Shown piece by piece: positions 1 to 10,945 of a stretch of DNA of 64,000 nucleotides. This DNA comes from Octopus sinensis (taxonomy: Eukaryota). The stretch covers positions 6,386,001 through 6,450,000 of the forward strand of contig NC_043002.1 of NCBI RefSeq assembly GCF_006345805.1, in the 5' to 3' direction. The translations under genes were made by a program, and so were the position numbers. How positions within the stretch are numbered: position 1 is the stretch's first letter; each line of letters begins with the position of its first letter. The notes beneath the pieces were generated by a model. The model saw only the letters and a list, made by a program, of their open reading frames with translations. It had not been told where the DNA came from and searched no databases.

Positions 1-134
1 AAACAATTTAGGCCAAGTTGGAAAACAATGACGTAATCAAGAAAGAATTGATTACGCATTGTGACAGGTGATGCATAACATCTGATAGTGTGGTCGATAC
101 AGATAATACAAGTTATATGTGTGATTGTGTAAAT

Positions 135-528
135 GTGGAAGCAGTGGAAGCACTCCGTCGGTTACGACGATGAGGGTTCGGTTGATCCGAATCAACGGAA
201 CAGCCTGCTCGTGAAATTAACGTGTAAGTGGCTGAGCACTCCACAGACACGTGTACACTTAACGTAGTTCTCGGGGATATTCAGCGTGACACAGAGAGTG
301 ACAAGGCCGGCCCTTTGAAATACAGGTACAACAGAAACAGGAAGTAAGAGTGCGAGAAAGTTGTGGTGAAAGAGTACAGCAGGGATCACCACCATCCCCT
401 GCCAGAGCCTCGTGGAGCTTTAGGTGTTTTCGCTCAATAAACACTCACAACGCCCGGTCTGGGAATCGAAACCGCGATCTTATGACCGCGAGTCCACTGC
501 CCTAACCACTGGGCCATTGCGCCTCCAC
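135..528 (-). mobile_element. tRNA-derived SINE, family A, tail type 1 (full length)
   Basis: Reverse complement starts GGAGGCGCAATGGCCCAGTGGTTAGGG (A box) ... GGTTTCGATTCCC (B box). Near-identical copies at 17491 and 49214. GTGTAAAT occurs on both flanks (possible TSD). Confidence 0.9.
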
Positions 529-585
529 GATCGTGTAAATACACACACACTCAAACACACACAAATATATACAATATATACATGC

Positions 586-650
<65 letters not shown>

Positions 651-660
651 CACATATATA

Positions 661-1048
661 AGTTCAGCAAGATTTAGATTCAGATGAATATGGTACTTAA
701 GTCAAAGGCATCAGAATTTTGTATGGCATTATCCATATAAAGGCGGTGCTCCAGCATAGCCGCAGTCAAATAACTGAAACAAGTAAAAGAGTATAAATCA
801 AATGGGATGATTATAATCAAAATAAGCAGCAAGGATGTCCAAGGTAATGTAGTACAATTGTTTCATGCTACTTCATTTTATTAAACATTAAATATTACAT
901 CAGTTTTAAAATGTCGAGCAATCTTCTATATGTGACTGAAGATTGCTCGACATTTTAAAACTGATGTAATACTTCCACTGTTTAATTAAATGAAGTAGCA
1001 TGAAACAATTGTACTACATTACCTTGGATATCCTTGCTGCTTATTTTG

Positions 1049-1053
<5 letters not shown>
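661..1053. mobile_element. Fold-back repeat, family F (leader plus ~240-bp hairpin); class unresolved, possibly Penelope-like
   Basis: Arms 813-926 and 938-1053 are near-perfect reverse complements around an 11-nt loop. The same leader and arms recur at 31451-31896. Flanked by (TA)n. Confidence 0.75.
742..792 (+). mobile_element. 5'-truncated 3' tail of SINE family D inserted into family F
   Basis: GGCGGTGCTCCAGCATAGCCGCAGTCAAATAACTGAAACAAGTAAAAGAGT flanked by ATAAA on both sides. The empty site is visible in the second F copy (TATCCATATAAATCC, ~31521). Confidence 0.85.
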
Positions 1054-1089
<36 letters not shown>

Positions 1090-1124
1090 CTACACATATA
1101 TTTATATATAAATATTATAACATA

Positions 1125-1275
1125 TAGGCTGTGTGGTAAATAGCTTGCTTATCAACCACATGGTTCCAGATTTGGTGTCACTGCATGGCACCTTAGGCAA
1201 GTGTCTTCTGCTGTAATATCAAGCCAACCAAAGCCTTATGAGTGGATTTGGTAGACGGAAACTGAAAGAAGCCCC
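1125..1275 (+). mobile_element. 5' half of SINE family D, fused to a CR1 3' end
   Basis: Diverged match to the head of the full copy at 38348 (GGCTGTGTGGTAA...CACCTTAGGCAAGTGTC...GAAAGAAGCCC). Confidence 0.8.
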
Positions 1276-1555
1276 ATGACTTTCGGAAACATTTTTTCAC
1301 GCTAAGAATTGCTGAAGCATGGAACAAACTGCCAGCATCATTTGTTAGTTGTCGGAGCACTGCATCCTTCAAAACTTCCATGCTTCCTGAGATTCGCCAA
1401 CACTACACCTGATTTTCTCTCCTCTATACACACGCAAACATCTATCTGACTCATACACTGTTCGCTTTCCAGACATTTGTACATTACTGCATATACTTTA
1501 TACGCACTTCTGACAAGTTGTGGTGCACCTGAGCACTGTATACAATAATTTCATA

Positions 1556-1617
<62 letters not shown>
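1273..1617 (+). mobile_element. CR1-clade LINE, 5'-truncated 3' end with (TTA)n tail
   Basis: Close match to 45080-45400. Encodes ...HDFRKHFFTLRIAEAWNKLP...EIRQHYT*, then 3' UTR and (TTA)n. Confidence 0.9.
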
Positions 1618-1621
<4 letters not shown>

Positions 1622-1689
1622 GTGGCTCATTCTCATCAGACAGGACACCTGTTCCTTGCAGGTTTAGCCATTTTGCCGTCCGAATAGAC

Positions 1690-1810
1690 TAGAGCATATT
1701 ACATGAAGTGTTTTGCTCAAGAACACAACTCGTCGGCAGGTCCAGGAATTGAAACTACAACGTTAAGGTCATCAGTCCAACATCTGAACTGCTAACCCAC
1801 ACACCTCCAC
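1690..1810 (-). mobile_element. Old tRNA-derived SINE remnant (family G)
   Basis: TGAAGTGTTTTGCTCAAGAACACAAC...CCAGGAATTGAAAC...ACCCACACACCTCCAC resembles the reverse complement of a degenerate tRNA-like head. A related remnant lies at ~55704. Confidence 0.5.
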
Positions 1811-1819
1811 CATATATAT

Positions 1820-2075
1820 ATCAATACAAAATGGGACAAGAAAGCAAAACATTCAAATAGACGATACAAAAAACACGGACGAGTCATTCGAAGCCTCTAA
1901 TCTTCAATCAAGACCGGATCATCCTCGCAATTTCGGTTGATTAATCTTGAGATTGCTCCAATCTGGCCAGCCCCAAGGAAAAACTAAGCTACGAGCATTA
2001 GATTTCTTGGAAAAAGGATCGAATGTATACGAAACAAGGACAGAAAAACGTACGATGTTACACGAATATAAATAC
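1820..2075. mobile_element. Unclassified TA-flanked repeat, family E
   Basis: AATACAAAATGGGACAAG...CATCCTCGCAATTTCGG...GAGATTGCTCCAATCTG recurs at 30783 and, truncated, at 48405. Confidence 0.75.
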
Positions 2076-2208
2076 AAAACAAAAAACAAATGCACACACA
2101 CACACACACACTCATATCCATATGTATATACATATACATGCAGATATACATACACACACATATTTACACACACATGTATTTATATACATTCTCCTATACA
2201 CACGCACA

Positions 2209-2429
2209 TACTCTTTTACGCTTTTACTATTTTACTTGTTTCAGTCATTTGACTGCGGCCATGCTGGAACACCGCCTTTAGTCGAGCAAATCGACCCCGG
2301 GACTTATTCTTTTTATAAGCCCAGTACTTATTCTATCGGTCTCTTTTGCCGAACCGCTAAGTGACGGGGACGTAAACACACCAGCATCGGTTGTCAAGCA
2401 ATGCTAGGGGGACAAACACAGACACACAA

Positions 2430-2509
<80 letters not shown>

Positions 2510-2673
2510 TACGACAGGCTTCTTTCAGTTTCTGTCTACCAAATCCACTCAAAAGGCATTGGTCGGCCCGGGGCTATAGCAGAAGACACTTGCCCAAGAT
2601 GCCACGCAGTGGGACTGAACCCGAAACCATATGGTTGGTTAGCAAGCTACTTACCACACAGCCACTCCTGCGC
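2209..2673 (-). mobile_element. SINE family D, full length, with internal (CA)n/(TA)n microsatellite
   Basis: tRNA-like head, CCTTGGGCAAGT CORE-like motif, internal microsatellite, and tail ending GACTGAAACAAGTAAAA(GAGT). Matches 38348-38801 and 46999-47407. Confidence 0.9.
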
Positions 2674-3149
2674 ATATGTAAATATGCATCTTATTTTGCT
2701 GCCATATTTGCTTTTCAGTTATTACACTCATCTATTATTGTTTCAATCAGAAACAGTTTATAACATAAGCTGTTTATTGAAGTTGTCTCCGCATCATATA
2801 AGTCCATGAATGATTTGACCATCGGTTTATTAAACGTACGCAAAAAAAAAGCAATAAAAGCGGTGGTCAAATAGATGCAAGCTGTTTACAAAAAAACTGT
2901 ATTTTAACAGAAGTGCTTAGCTGTTTTTTCTTTGTTTTGCTTTGTTGAATTTTCTCGTTCTTTTTTATTGTAAATAATATAGAAATGCGATAGTCGTGAT
3001 ATACCAGACAAGAGTGTCCATAGCTTCCATGATAAAATAAAAAAAAACGGAATGATTTCTAAAGCAAATATAAACGACACATGGATATACAAAGACAAAA
3101 ATGAGGAGAAAACAATATTAATATACTAGATTTTTATAAGCACTAACGA

Positions 3150-3201
<52 letters not shown>

Positions 3202-3559
3202 ATGAGTGTGTGCATGTGAGTCTCTATGCGTGTATGTGTTTCTACGCGCGTGGGTATTGTGTTTATAGAAAATATCAGACAGCAAAAGCTACAGCAAAGA
3301 TCGTAAAAGAAAAATAAATACTAATAAAATAACAGCGATGATGATGATGATGATGATGATGATGTTGATATGGAGGATGAGGAGGTGGACGGACAAAGCG
3401 AAGGATGGTGATAGTGATGAGGAGGATGATATCCGTATTAGAATACACGGCCCTAACCATACTGTAGATAACACGAAGCTGTACATACACAATAAACGGG
3501 ATGTGTGGTAAGAAACGTAAGCTAGAAATTTGATAACAGAAAAGACATCAAATGCAAAA

Positions 3560-3900
3560 GGCTATATACTTCTGGCACCAGAACTCCAGGTTTCCGTTTT
3601 AGGGAGATACACCACTTCTTAATAATAAATGTATTCATCAATTTTCAAGTAACTAAATCGTTAATCTGCTCCTTGAAAACTTTTCTTTGTCTTAAAAGAT
3701 GCATGTAGCCTCCTCTAGCGTGCTTTTTTATCCCTCATTTGCGTTCTGTGTGGCCAAATGTTCGAAACTTTGACCAATATACACTACCCCTCACGAATGA
3801 CTAGATGAATATTCTAAGCACGACATGGATGACTCTTTGTGGTTTGTCCATGTTCATATTTTCGCATTTCGAAAATCCAAGTCATGCTTCTTAGAAAAAT
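3560..3900 (-). mobile_element. Possible decayed GIY-YIG endonuclease region of a Penelope-like element
   Basis: Minus-strand translation ..SCLEYSSSHS*GVVYIGQSFEHLAT.. resembles the PLE pattern VY....C...YIGQT.R.L.TR; contains stops. Confidence 0.3.
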
Positions 3901-4864
3901 TTTAACTGCTTGAGCAGGTTTCTGAGATTTATACGCTACTCTCTCCTACCAGTTACTCCCACATAATTTTTGTGTACGTCTCAGATGCTATCCCAATCGA
4001 CCACTGACTCTAACGAGCCAGATTGTCTGGTGAAAGCCTGTAGATGTCTGAAGAAATTCTGACTTCCTGCTTCTACCGGAGCACAAACGGTAAATATCAC
4101 TGCTTCACTACTGACAACAAATTATGTACATTTATATATCCCACTTTTAATTGCAGCGTTTAGGTTTGCAAAAGTGTGGGAGAAGCCAGCTACTATGTAG
4201 TACTTATTGTTGCTGAGTTTGTTATTGTTGTCATTTTCGCCATATTAGACCTGGGCGGAAAGACCTAAGGTCAAAAATATTCCAGCAACGACTATCACTT
4301 CTTTTTCCTATGTGTTGAGGACCAGGGAATAAGTCATCGAACATAGGCATTTTTTTAAAAGACAATCGGGTGTTATTTGAATGAAATTTGGTGATTAATT
4401 CTAGCAGATCAGGAGACTTCGTTGTTGATTTCGTGGTTATATTAACTGCTTGTCATGGAAACGCCCGTTGTTCCTCACATGAATTTTCGCTTGGGGTTTC
4501 TTTCTAACCTCCACCTTCTCTGTTAGAGAACCTTCTCAAGATTTCGAAATAAAATACTCGGTTTATCTATATCAAAAGTCTATCGCTTTTTCCTTTTGGG
4601 CGAAATTCATTTATTCCTGCCCATATCTGTTATGTGTACAAATTTCTAGACTGACTCCCTTCCATAACTATTTTCCCACAAAGCAACACAGACATTGCAG
4701 CGGGTTTTAGTCACTTCTGTTCTTTTGTATATCTTCTGCTTTTGTTGCGATGGCTGGTGTAGCTGATTGTTCTATTTTTGTTATTTTTGATGGCTTGAAA
4801 CTAGCTCGTGTTGCTCAATTGGCTACTGTTGTTAGTATTGTCACTGCTGAGCTGCTGTTGCTGT

Positions 4865-5231
4865 TAAGCGAACGGTCTTCGTCCCAGTGTTCGCAAGATG
4901 GGAGAAGTCAGAAACGTGGTCCTTTGCTATTCGTAAGACCCGCAGAAGAGAAAGCAGGTCAACCCCCGACGCCGAGAGCATCGACGGATGGATGAAATGC
5001 GCATCCAGGCTCAGCGGTTACGTAGGAAGTCGGGGAGAAGAAACAGGAAGAAAGAGTGAGAGAAAGTTGGGGCGAAAGAGCACAACAGGGGTCGCCACCA
5101 CACCCTGCCGAAGCCTCGTGGAGCTTTAGGTGTTTTCGCTCAATAAACACACATAATGCCCGGTCTGGGAATCGAAACCGCGATCCTTCGACCGCGAGTC
5201 CGCTGCCCTGACCACTGAGCCATTGCGTCAC
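4865..5231 (-). mobile_element. SINE family A, tail type 2
   Basis: Same tRNA head and body as type 1 but a different 3' half (..GGTCTTACGAATAGCAAAGGACCACG..). Other copies at 34820 and 37699. Confidence 0.9.
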
Positions 5232-5927
5232 CACTATTATCGTTGCTGATGATAATGCAGATGTTATTAGCTGGATAGCCGATCCGTTTGTTTCATACAC
5301 CCCACTTATCTATTTTTTGTGAGAGATCGAGCTATCAAATCTTTTGGCCTTGAGCATAGAAGCGCTAGACTATTCAGTTCAACGTTTCTTTAAATATATC
5401 AACCATTCTATTTTCTATTATTGCTCTGAATTTTCACCGTCACCCTCATTAACTGCATGTGAGGAACTGAAAGTTGAAAAATCTATATTTATGTATTCTT
5501 GTACGTATTTCCATTTGTGCATTTTATTGTGGACTCTTTCATGAGTAATTGTTATAAATGCTGCTGTTGCTCTTGGACTGGCTGCCGTATATTTTGTTGT
5601 GGGTGTTGCTATGGTGTTAAGAACGACGAATAGCGTCGATTAAATAACTTTTCTTTCCCGTGTGACAAAAATGCTTTACTTCGTTTTCCTACATGTGTAG
5701 CAGTTAAGCTTCCTATTCTCGTATATTACTCCGCCCATATTGACTTCTTGGCAGGTTTTGTTGCAAGGTGGACTTAAATCCTCTGACCTTCTTGTGCTTT
5801 TTGTTTGTTTAGCGGCCGTTTTGCTTTGCTCAATGAAATTTCTTTGAAGAGCGAATTTTGAAAACCATTTGTTGTTTGCATTTGGAGAGTAAATTAAAAG
5901 GGATATATTTGAAAAAAAAAAGCTTAC

Positions 5928-5960
5928 CTTCTTGTCCAACTCCTGTTTCGAATAAGCATT
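5928..5960 (-). CDS. Candidate isolated 33-nt exon (NAYSKQELDKK), gene unknown
   Basis: TTTTAG acceptor, 11 stop-free codons, AAG|GTAAGC donor, in non-repetitive sequence. No homology recognised. Confidence 0.25.
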
Positions 5961-6134
5961 CTAAAATGTTTAATTAATAATCACTGTTTAAAATAATAAT
6001 CAAAATGAAAAATCAGTTCCTTCTACCACACTTGATAATCACTCAGAATTCTCGGTACAACGTTTTAAAACTCTTAACAACAACAACAACAGCAAGAACA
6101 AGATCAAGAACAACAACAACAACAACAACAACAA

Positions 6135-6259
6135 TTTATTTCTTTATTGCCCACAAGCAGCTAAACAGAGAGGGGACAAACAAGGACAGACAAAGGGATT
6201 AAGTCGATTATATCGTCCCCAGTGATAACTGGTACTTAATTTATCGACCCCAAAAGGAT
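6135..6259 (-). mobile_element. SINE family C, 3' fragment
   Basis: TTTATTGCCCACAAG...GGACAAACAAGGACAGAC...CTGGTACTTAATTTATCGACCCC. Confidence 0.85.
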
Positions 6260-6281
6260 ATTAATAATAATAATAATAATA

Positions 6282-6374
<93 letters not shown>

Positions 6375-6390
6375 TAAGAATAAGAATAAC
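6260..6390. repeat. (AAT)n microsatellite
   Basis: Direct reading. Confidence 0.95.
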
Positions 6391-6589
6391 TAGCTGGTAT
6401 GTAAATATCTATAAATTGTGTGCTGGTGCCATGAGAAATGTCTCTATGTTGTGACACAGAAATGTAAAACCGATAACTATATAATCCAACCAAAATGCCT
6501 CAGTAACGCAAACGTTAACAGAATTACTATTTAGCCTTAAAATACATCATACATATTCAAAGAACCTTCTTGGTTTAGTGGTACCCTGT

Positions 6590-6752
6590 AAGCCTGGTGC
6601 TAATTCTATCAGTCTCTTCTGCCGAACATCTAAGTTACGGGGGCGCAAACACACCAACATCGGTTTTCAAGTAATGGTGGTAGTGGGGGGCGAACACAGA
6701 CACAAACACAGACATAACTATATACATATAAATATGTATGTATATAATATAT

Positions 6753-6839
<87 letters not shown>

Positions 6840-6916
6840 GATGGGATTCTTTCAGTTTCCGTCTACCAAATTCACTCACGAGGCTGTGGTCGGCCCGAAG
6901 CTATAGCAGAAGACAT
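6590..6916 (-). mobile_element. SINE family D, partial, with expanded internal (TA)n
   Basis: Tail segment, (TA)n, then TTCTTTCAGTTTCCGTCTACCAAA...GCTATAGCAGAAGACA. Confidence 0.8.
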
Positions 6917-8639
6917 TCTTTAATGTATAGAGTTGAATTTCGTGTAGCCACCTGTTGGTGACCTTTCTCCCCCACCTGTTTTGTATGGGGTGTTACTCAT
7001 TTTCTAGGCTTGTTTCATAGCTAAACTCCGTTCCAAATTTGCATTAGTTTTTGCATGAAAAAGGGGGAAAAAAAGGGAAAGGAACTGGGCAAGTAAGTTT
7101 ATGAGGAAGGGTTGCAGACAATACCATTGACCTCAATACGTGATTGGTACAGTGTCTTATGAAGCGATGTAGCCAAAGTACATCCGCCGCTCCATCTATT
7201 GGTGATCGCTTCTGTTTGATTTTGATTTTGATCTCTGAAAACGGTGACTGTTTTTGTGTGGAAACTGGGTTCTGGCTATCATCAGCTGCTCTCCGCTGTT
7301 TTCGTCACTACTCCTTTTACCTAGCTGTTCTAGTTCTTCGAACTAAAGGCCATGAAGTCATAACAAATTCGGCACATTTTATCAACAGGTTCATAGGATC
7401 GCTCTCTTTCAAGTGTCTAGAGATTTATAATGTCTCTGAGGAGTGCTTTAGAGAAGACAAGATGTTACAAAATGATTTGGACACTATGACATACATTTTA
7501 CAAAATATTTAAGTCTATCGACATAACAAATGTCACGGCTAAAACGAAAAGAAAATTGTGTGAAGTGACATGGAACATTTAAAGAATGAAAGTCTTTCGA
7601 CAAGAGTGGAAGAACAACAAAATACCAAGGATGGTTTGCTAATAAGTGACGCTAAGTGAGACATAGATGGTAGACTAATGGGTGTTAGTTCTTTAAAGAA
7701 AACTAAGATATAGCAGAGAACGGACGGGAAATTTAAAAAGCATTGTGTGAAGGGTTGAAATTAGAAATAAAAGGTGGGGAGAGAGAGACAACCATATAGA
7801 AAGAAAAGTAAGGAAGGTGTACACACATAAGTATGCGCGCGCATGTGTATCTTCGTCCCCATCACTTTACATTCACTTTTTATGCTGTTGTGGTTTGGAC
7901 GGGAATTATGGTTCGAATCAATTCTTATTCAGAGATACAGGCATCTCTGAAAACGAGATCATCTATTCTAGAGAAATCTGTAGATACTCCTTCATTGCTA
8001 AAAATTTAGATTTCTGCCAATATTCATTGTAGTACTTGGCTACGTAACTAATTACCTCTGTATCAACCCAGAGGGGTTACGATTCACAATACCAGATAGG
8101 GAAAACCAAATCAGAAAACTACAGCAACAAGCAGTCAAAGTTAGAATCAAAATATGTAAAGCGTTCATAAAGTTCACAGATGCGGGCAGCGACATCGAAC
8201 TCCCTTGTTGATCAAGTGCCACGAGTCAGAGGGGGTTTCACATACTAGTGTAGCTCATTCAACGGTGGTGCCCCATCATGGCCGCAGCCTTCGGGCTGAA
8301 ACATTTTTAAGGATTTAAGGATTTATGTAATATAATCCACATATTCAACACTGTCAATGCCTGCGTATATGTGCATATAAATGTGTATATACAAGTATAT
8401 ATACACGCGTGTGTGCTCATACATATGTATATTCATATGTATATATCTATATATGTGTATGTGTGTGTGTGTGAGTGTGTGCGTGTACATATACGTGCAT
8501 ACATACACATATGCATATATTCATACATGCATACATGCATAGATGTATACATGTATATATACATACATGCATGCACATATACAAACATAAGGACATACAT
8601 CCAAGGCTAGTCTGTTCGCTGTTTAAATTCCAATGAATT

Positions 8640-9860
8640 ATTCTTGTTTCTAAGAAAAAAAACACCTCTTTCTCCATTGGTAAGAAATTCGTGTGAGCCC
8701 ACAAATTGTTTGCAGGACCAGTACTCATACCAACATTTGGACTACTTTATTGGACGCTTGATGGGATCTGAACCAGCACAAATAACTTTAACATAATTTT
8801 AACATAGACAGCCTCTACCTAAAACGAAAATGAGGAAGAAGGCTTAACATCGATCCAGACTGCCTTTGAGTGTCACATCATATTCCTTCGGCAACATCTT
8901 TTAACCACCATGTGTCGAAGTGCATCCATTGACCAAATTTGCATACATGAGGCGGATAACATCATGAGATCTGGAAAGCAGCACCTCGAGAAACATTCCC
9001 TATCTGATAAATACACGCTTAAGGAAGTTGCACGACTCTACTGCAATGTATCATGAGACGAAAGGATCAGTGAACATCAACAGAAGACTAAGCTTGGATA
9101 TGTTAGCAGAAAAATCCAGGTTTAGAACAACATCAAAGCAGTTTATCGTGGATCAACAACCTGATCACTAACTCTCACTGTGAAGGGTATCCGTTAACTA
9201 TCCAGGAAAAGAAAATAGCAGCCAAATTCCTAATACATAAAAGGACAACGACGCAGAAAAATGACCATAATGTGATAACCGATGCAGACTTTGTGCACTT
9301 GACACTGAATGTATAATCTACATTATAAGGAGTGTCCAAAATTGTCATCGCGTTATCATCTATTGGTGAAATATGATGTACACTTTACAATGAGATCCGT
9401 CGAAAGGATAATCCTAAGAGATAAGAACCCACAGCACGGTAGAGGCCATAGCCACTCATAACAAGAAAGAGTACTGGTGGAATGGTCCAGTGAAAACCTC
9501 AATAAAATGTAGATATACTAGACCAAGCATAGTGATATGGGGCACAGAACAGAAATTATGTACATTAGTGGAAATCAGTTACCCAGCAGATGTCAATGCA
9601 AAGCTAAAGGTCAGCGACCAAGAAAACACTTACACTGAAATATTGGGAACGTTACAGCTACTCTAACTGGATTACAAGTTCAAATTTATACTCGTAATTA
9701 TTGGGGTACAAGGATATGTAACAAACTGCCTAAGCACGAGTTTTGAGAAATTGGGCTTCTCAAAACCAGAGAGTAGAGACCTAATTAGAAGATTAGAGAT
9801 ACAAACCATCACTAGAACTGTCAAAATTTGTAAAATCTCTAGACATGCAACTATGTGCAT
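8640..9860 (+). mobile_element. Decayed non-LTR retrotransposon with restriction-like endonuclease (R2/R4/NeSL superfamily)
   Basis: Fragments DSLYLKRK..G.RL, DNRCRLC (zinc knuckle), KEYWWNGPVKTSIKCRYTRPSIVIW..LVEISYPAD (decayed PD-(D/E)xK), ..LIRRLEIQTITRTVKIC; many stops and frameshifts. Confidence 0.8.
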
Positions 9861-9914
9861 CACAGTATATATAATATATTTATAATACAAAACATACATA
9901 CTTTCACATACACT

Positions 9915-10330
9915 GACTCAAATATATTTTGCTTTATGAGTTCAATAAAGGCAACAACGCAACGGAAAGTGCAGTATATGCAGATCAGACAATAAGCATA
10001 AGCCAGTGTCAACGGTGGTTTCAGAAATTCCTAGCAGGAAACTACAGCCTAGAAGACGAGCTTCGTCATGGAAGATCTGCAGAGCTCGTGGAGGATGTCC
10101 TGCAAGCCCTGGTGGAACAAAATCCCCTCGTAACTGTTGAGGAACTAGCAGAGAAGCTTGGATTTGGTCATTCACCCATTCATCAACACCTGCATGCCAT
10201 TGGAAAAGTCATCAAATTGGGTCAATGGGTTCCTCACAAACTTACCGAGTCTAATCGCGCGCAGAGAGTGAATGTGTGCTCCTCTTTGCTGTTATGTCTC
10301 ACGAATGAACTGTTTCTGGACCGAATAGTT
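9915..10330 (+). mobile_element. Mariner transposase pseudogene, N-terminal half
   Basis: LYEFNKGNNATESA...QCQRWFQKF...SLEDE..GRS...EELAEKLG...KLGQWVPHKL; truncated at a MITE. Confidence 0.92.
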
Positions 10331-10340
10331 AATGTGTGTA

Positions 10341-10633
10341 TGCAGTGGCCGACTGGCCAGGTTGCCCAATGGCAAGTGGGCCCCTGCACCATTATAATCC
10401 ATAATTTCTGTCGGCTTTTTTTCGAGTAGCGTGCGTATTGTGAAAAATTATATGGTAATGGACAATAAATCCAATTTTTCGGGATATTTGGCATTAGAAA
10501 TTTTTCGTTTGCCCTTATTTATAAGTTACCATATAATTTTTCACAATACGCACGCTACTCGAAAAAAAGCCGAATGGTGCAGGGGCCCACGTGCCATTGG
10601 GCAAGCTGGCAACCTGGCCAGTCGGCCACTGCA
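10341..10633. mobile_element. MITE, 293 bp, ~55-bp GC-rich TIRs, TA TSD
   Basis: TA|TGCAGTGGCCGACTGGCCAGGTTGCC...GGCCCCTGCACCATT and its reverse complement ending GGCCACTGCA|TA. Confidence 0.85.
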
Positions 10634-10670
10634 TATATACATATATATATATTATATATTATATATAATA

Positions 10671-10740
<70 letters not shown>

Positions 10741-10879
10741 GCATGTTATCTACTAATAGATGTAGGTATATGTATATATGTATGTATATATGCATATTTA
10801 TATATTATTTATATTATTATATGATCGAACACCACGCATCCTTTTCCAAGTAAGTTTTATCTTAATAATTACGATGCGC

Positions 10880-10945
10880 ACTCTACTATCTCTACTATCT
10901 CTAATATCTCTACTATCTCTACTATCTCTACTATCTCTCTCTCGC
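10880..10945. repeat. 9-bp minisatellite (CTCTACTAT)n, ~6 copies
   Basis: Direct reading. Confidence 0.85.

Noticed and set aside
3985-4089. 105-nt segment with good splice sites (CTCAG...ACG|GTAAAT)
   Set aside because: Stops in all three frames; could only be non-coding, and it may be antisense to TE debris.
6940-7512. Unique segment with a 122-aa ORF, a GTAAGT donor and CRIC on the minus strand
   Set aside because: No coherent domain, LTR pair or splice-compatible open frame could be established.
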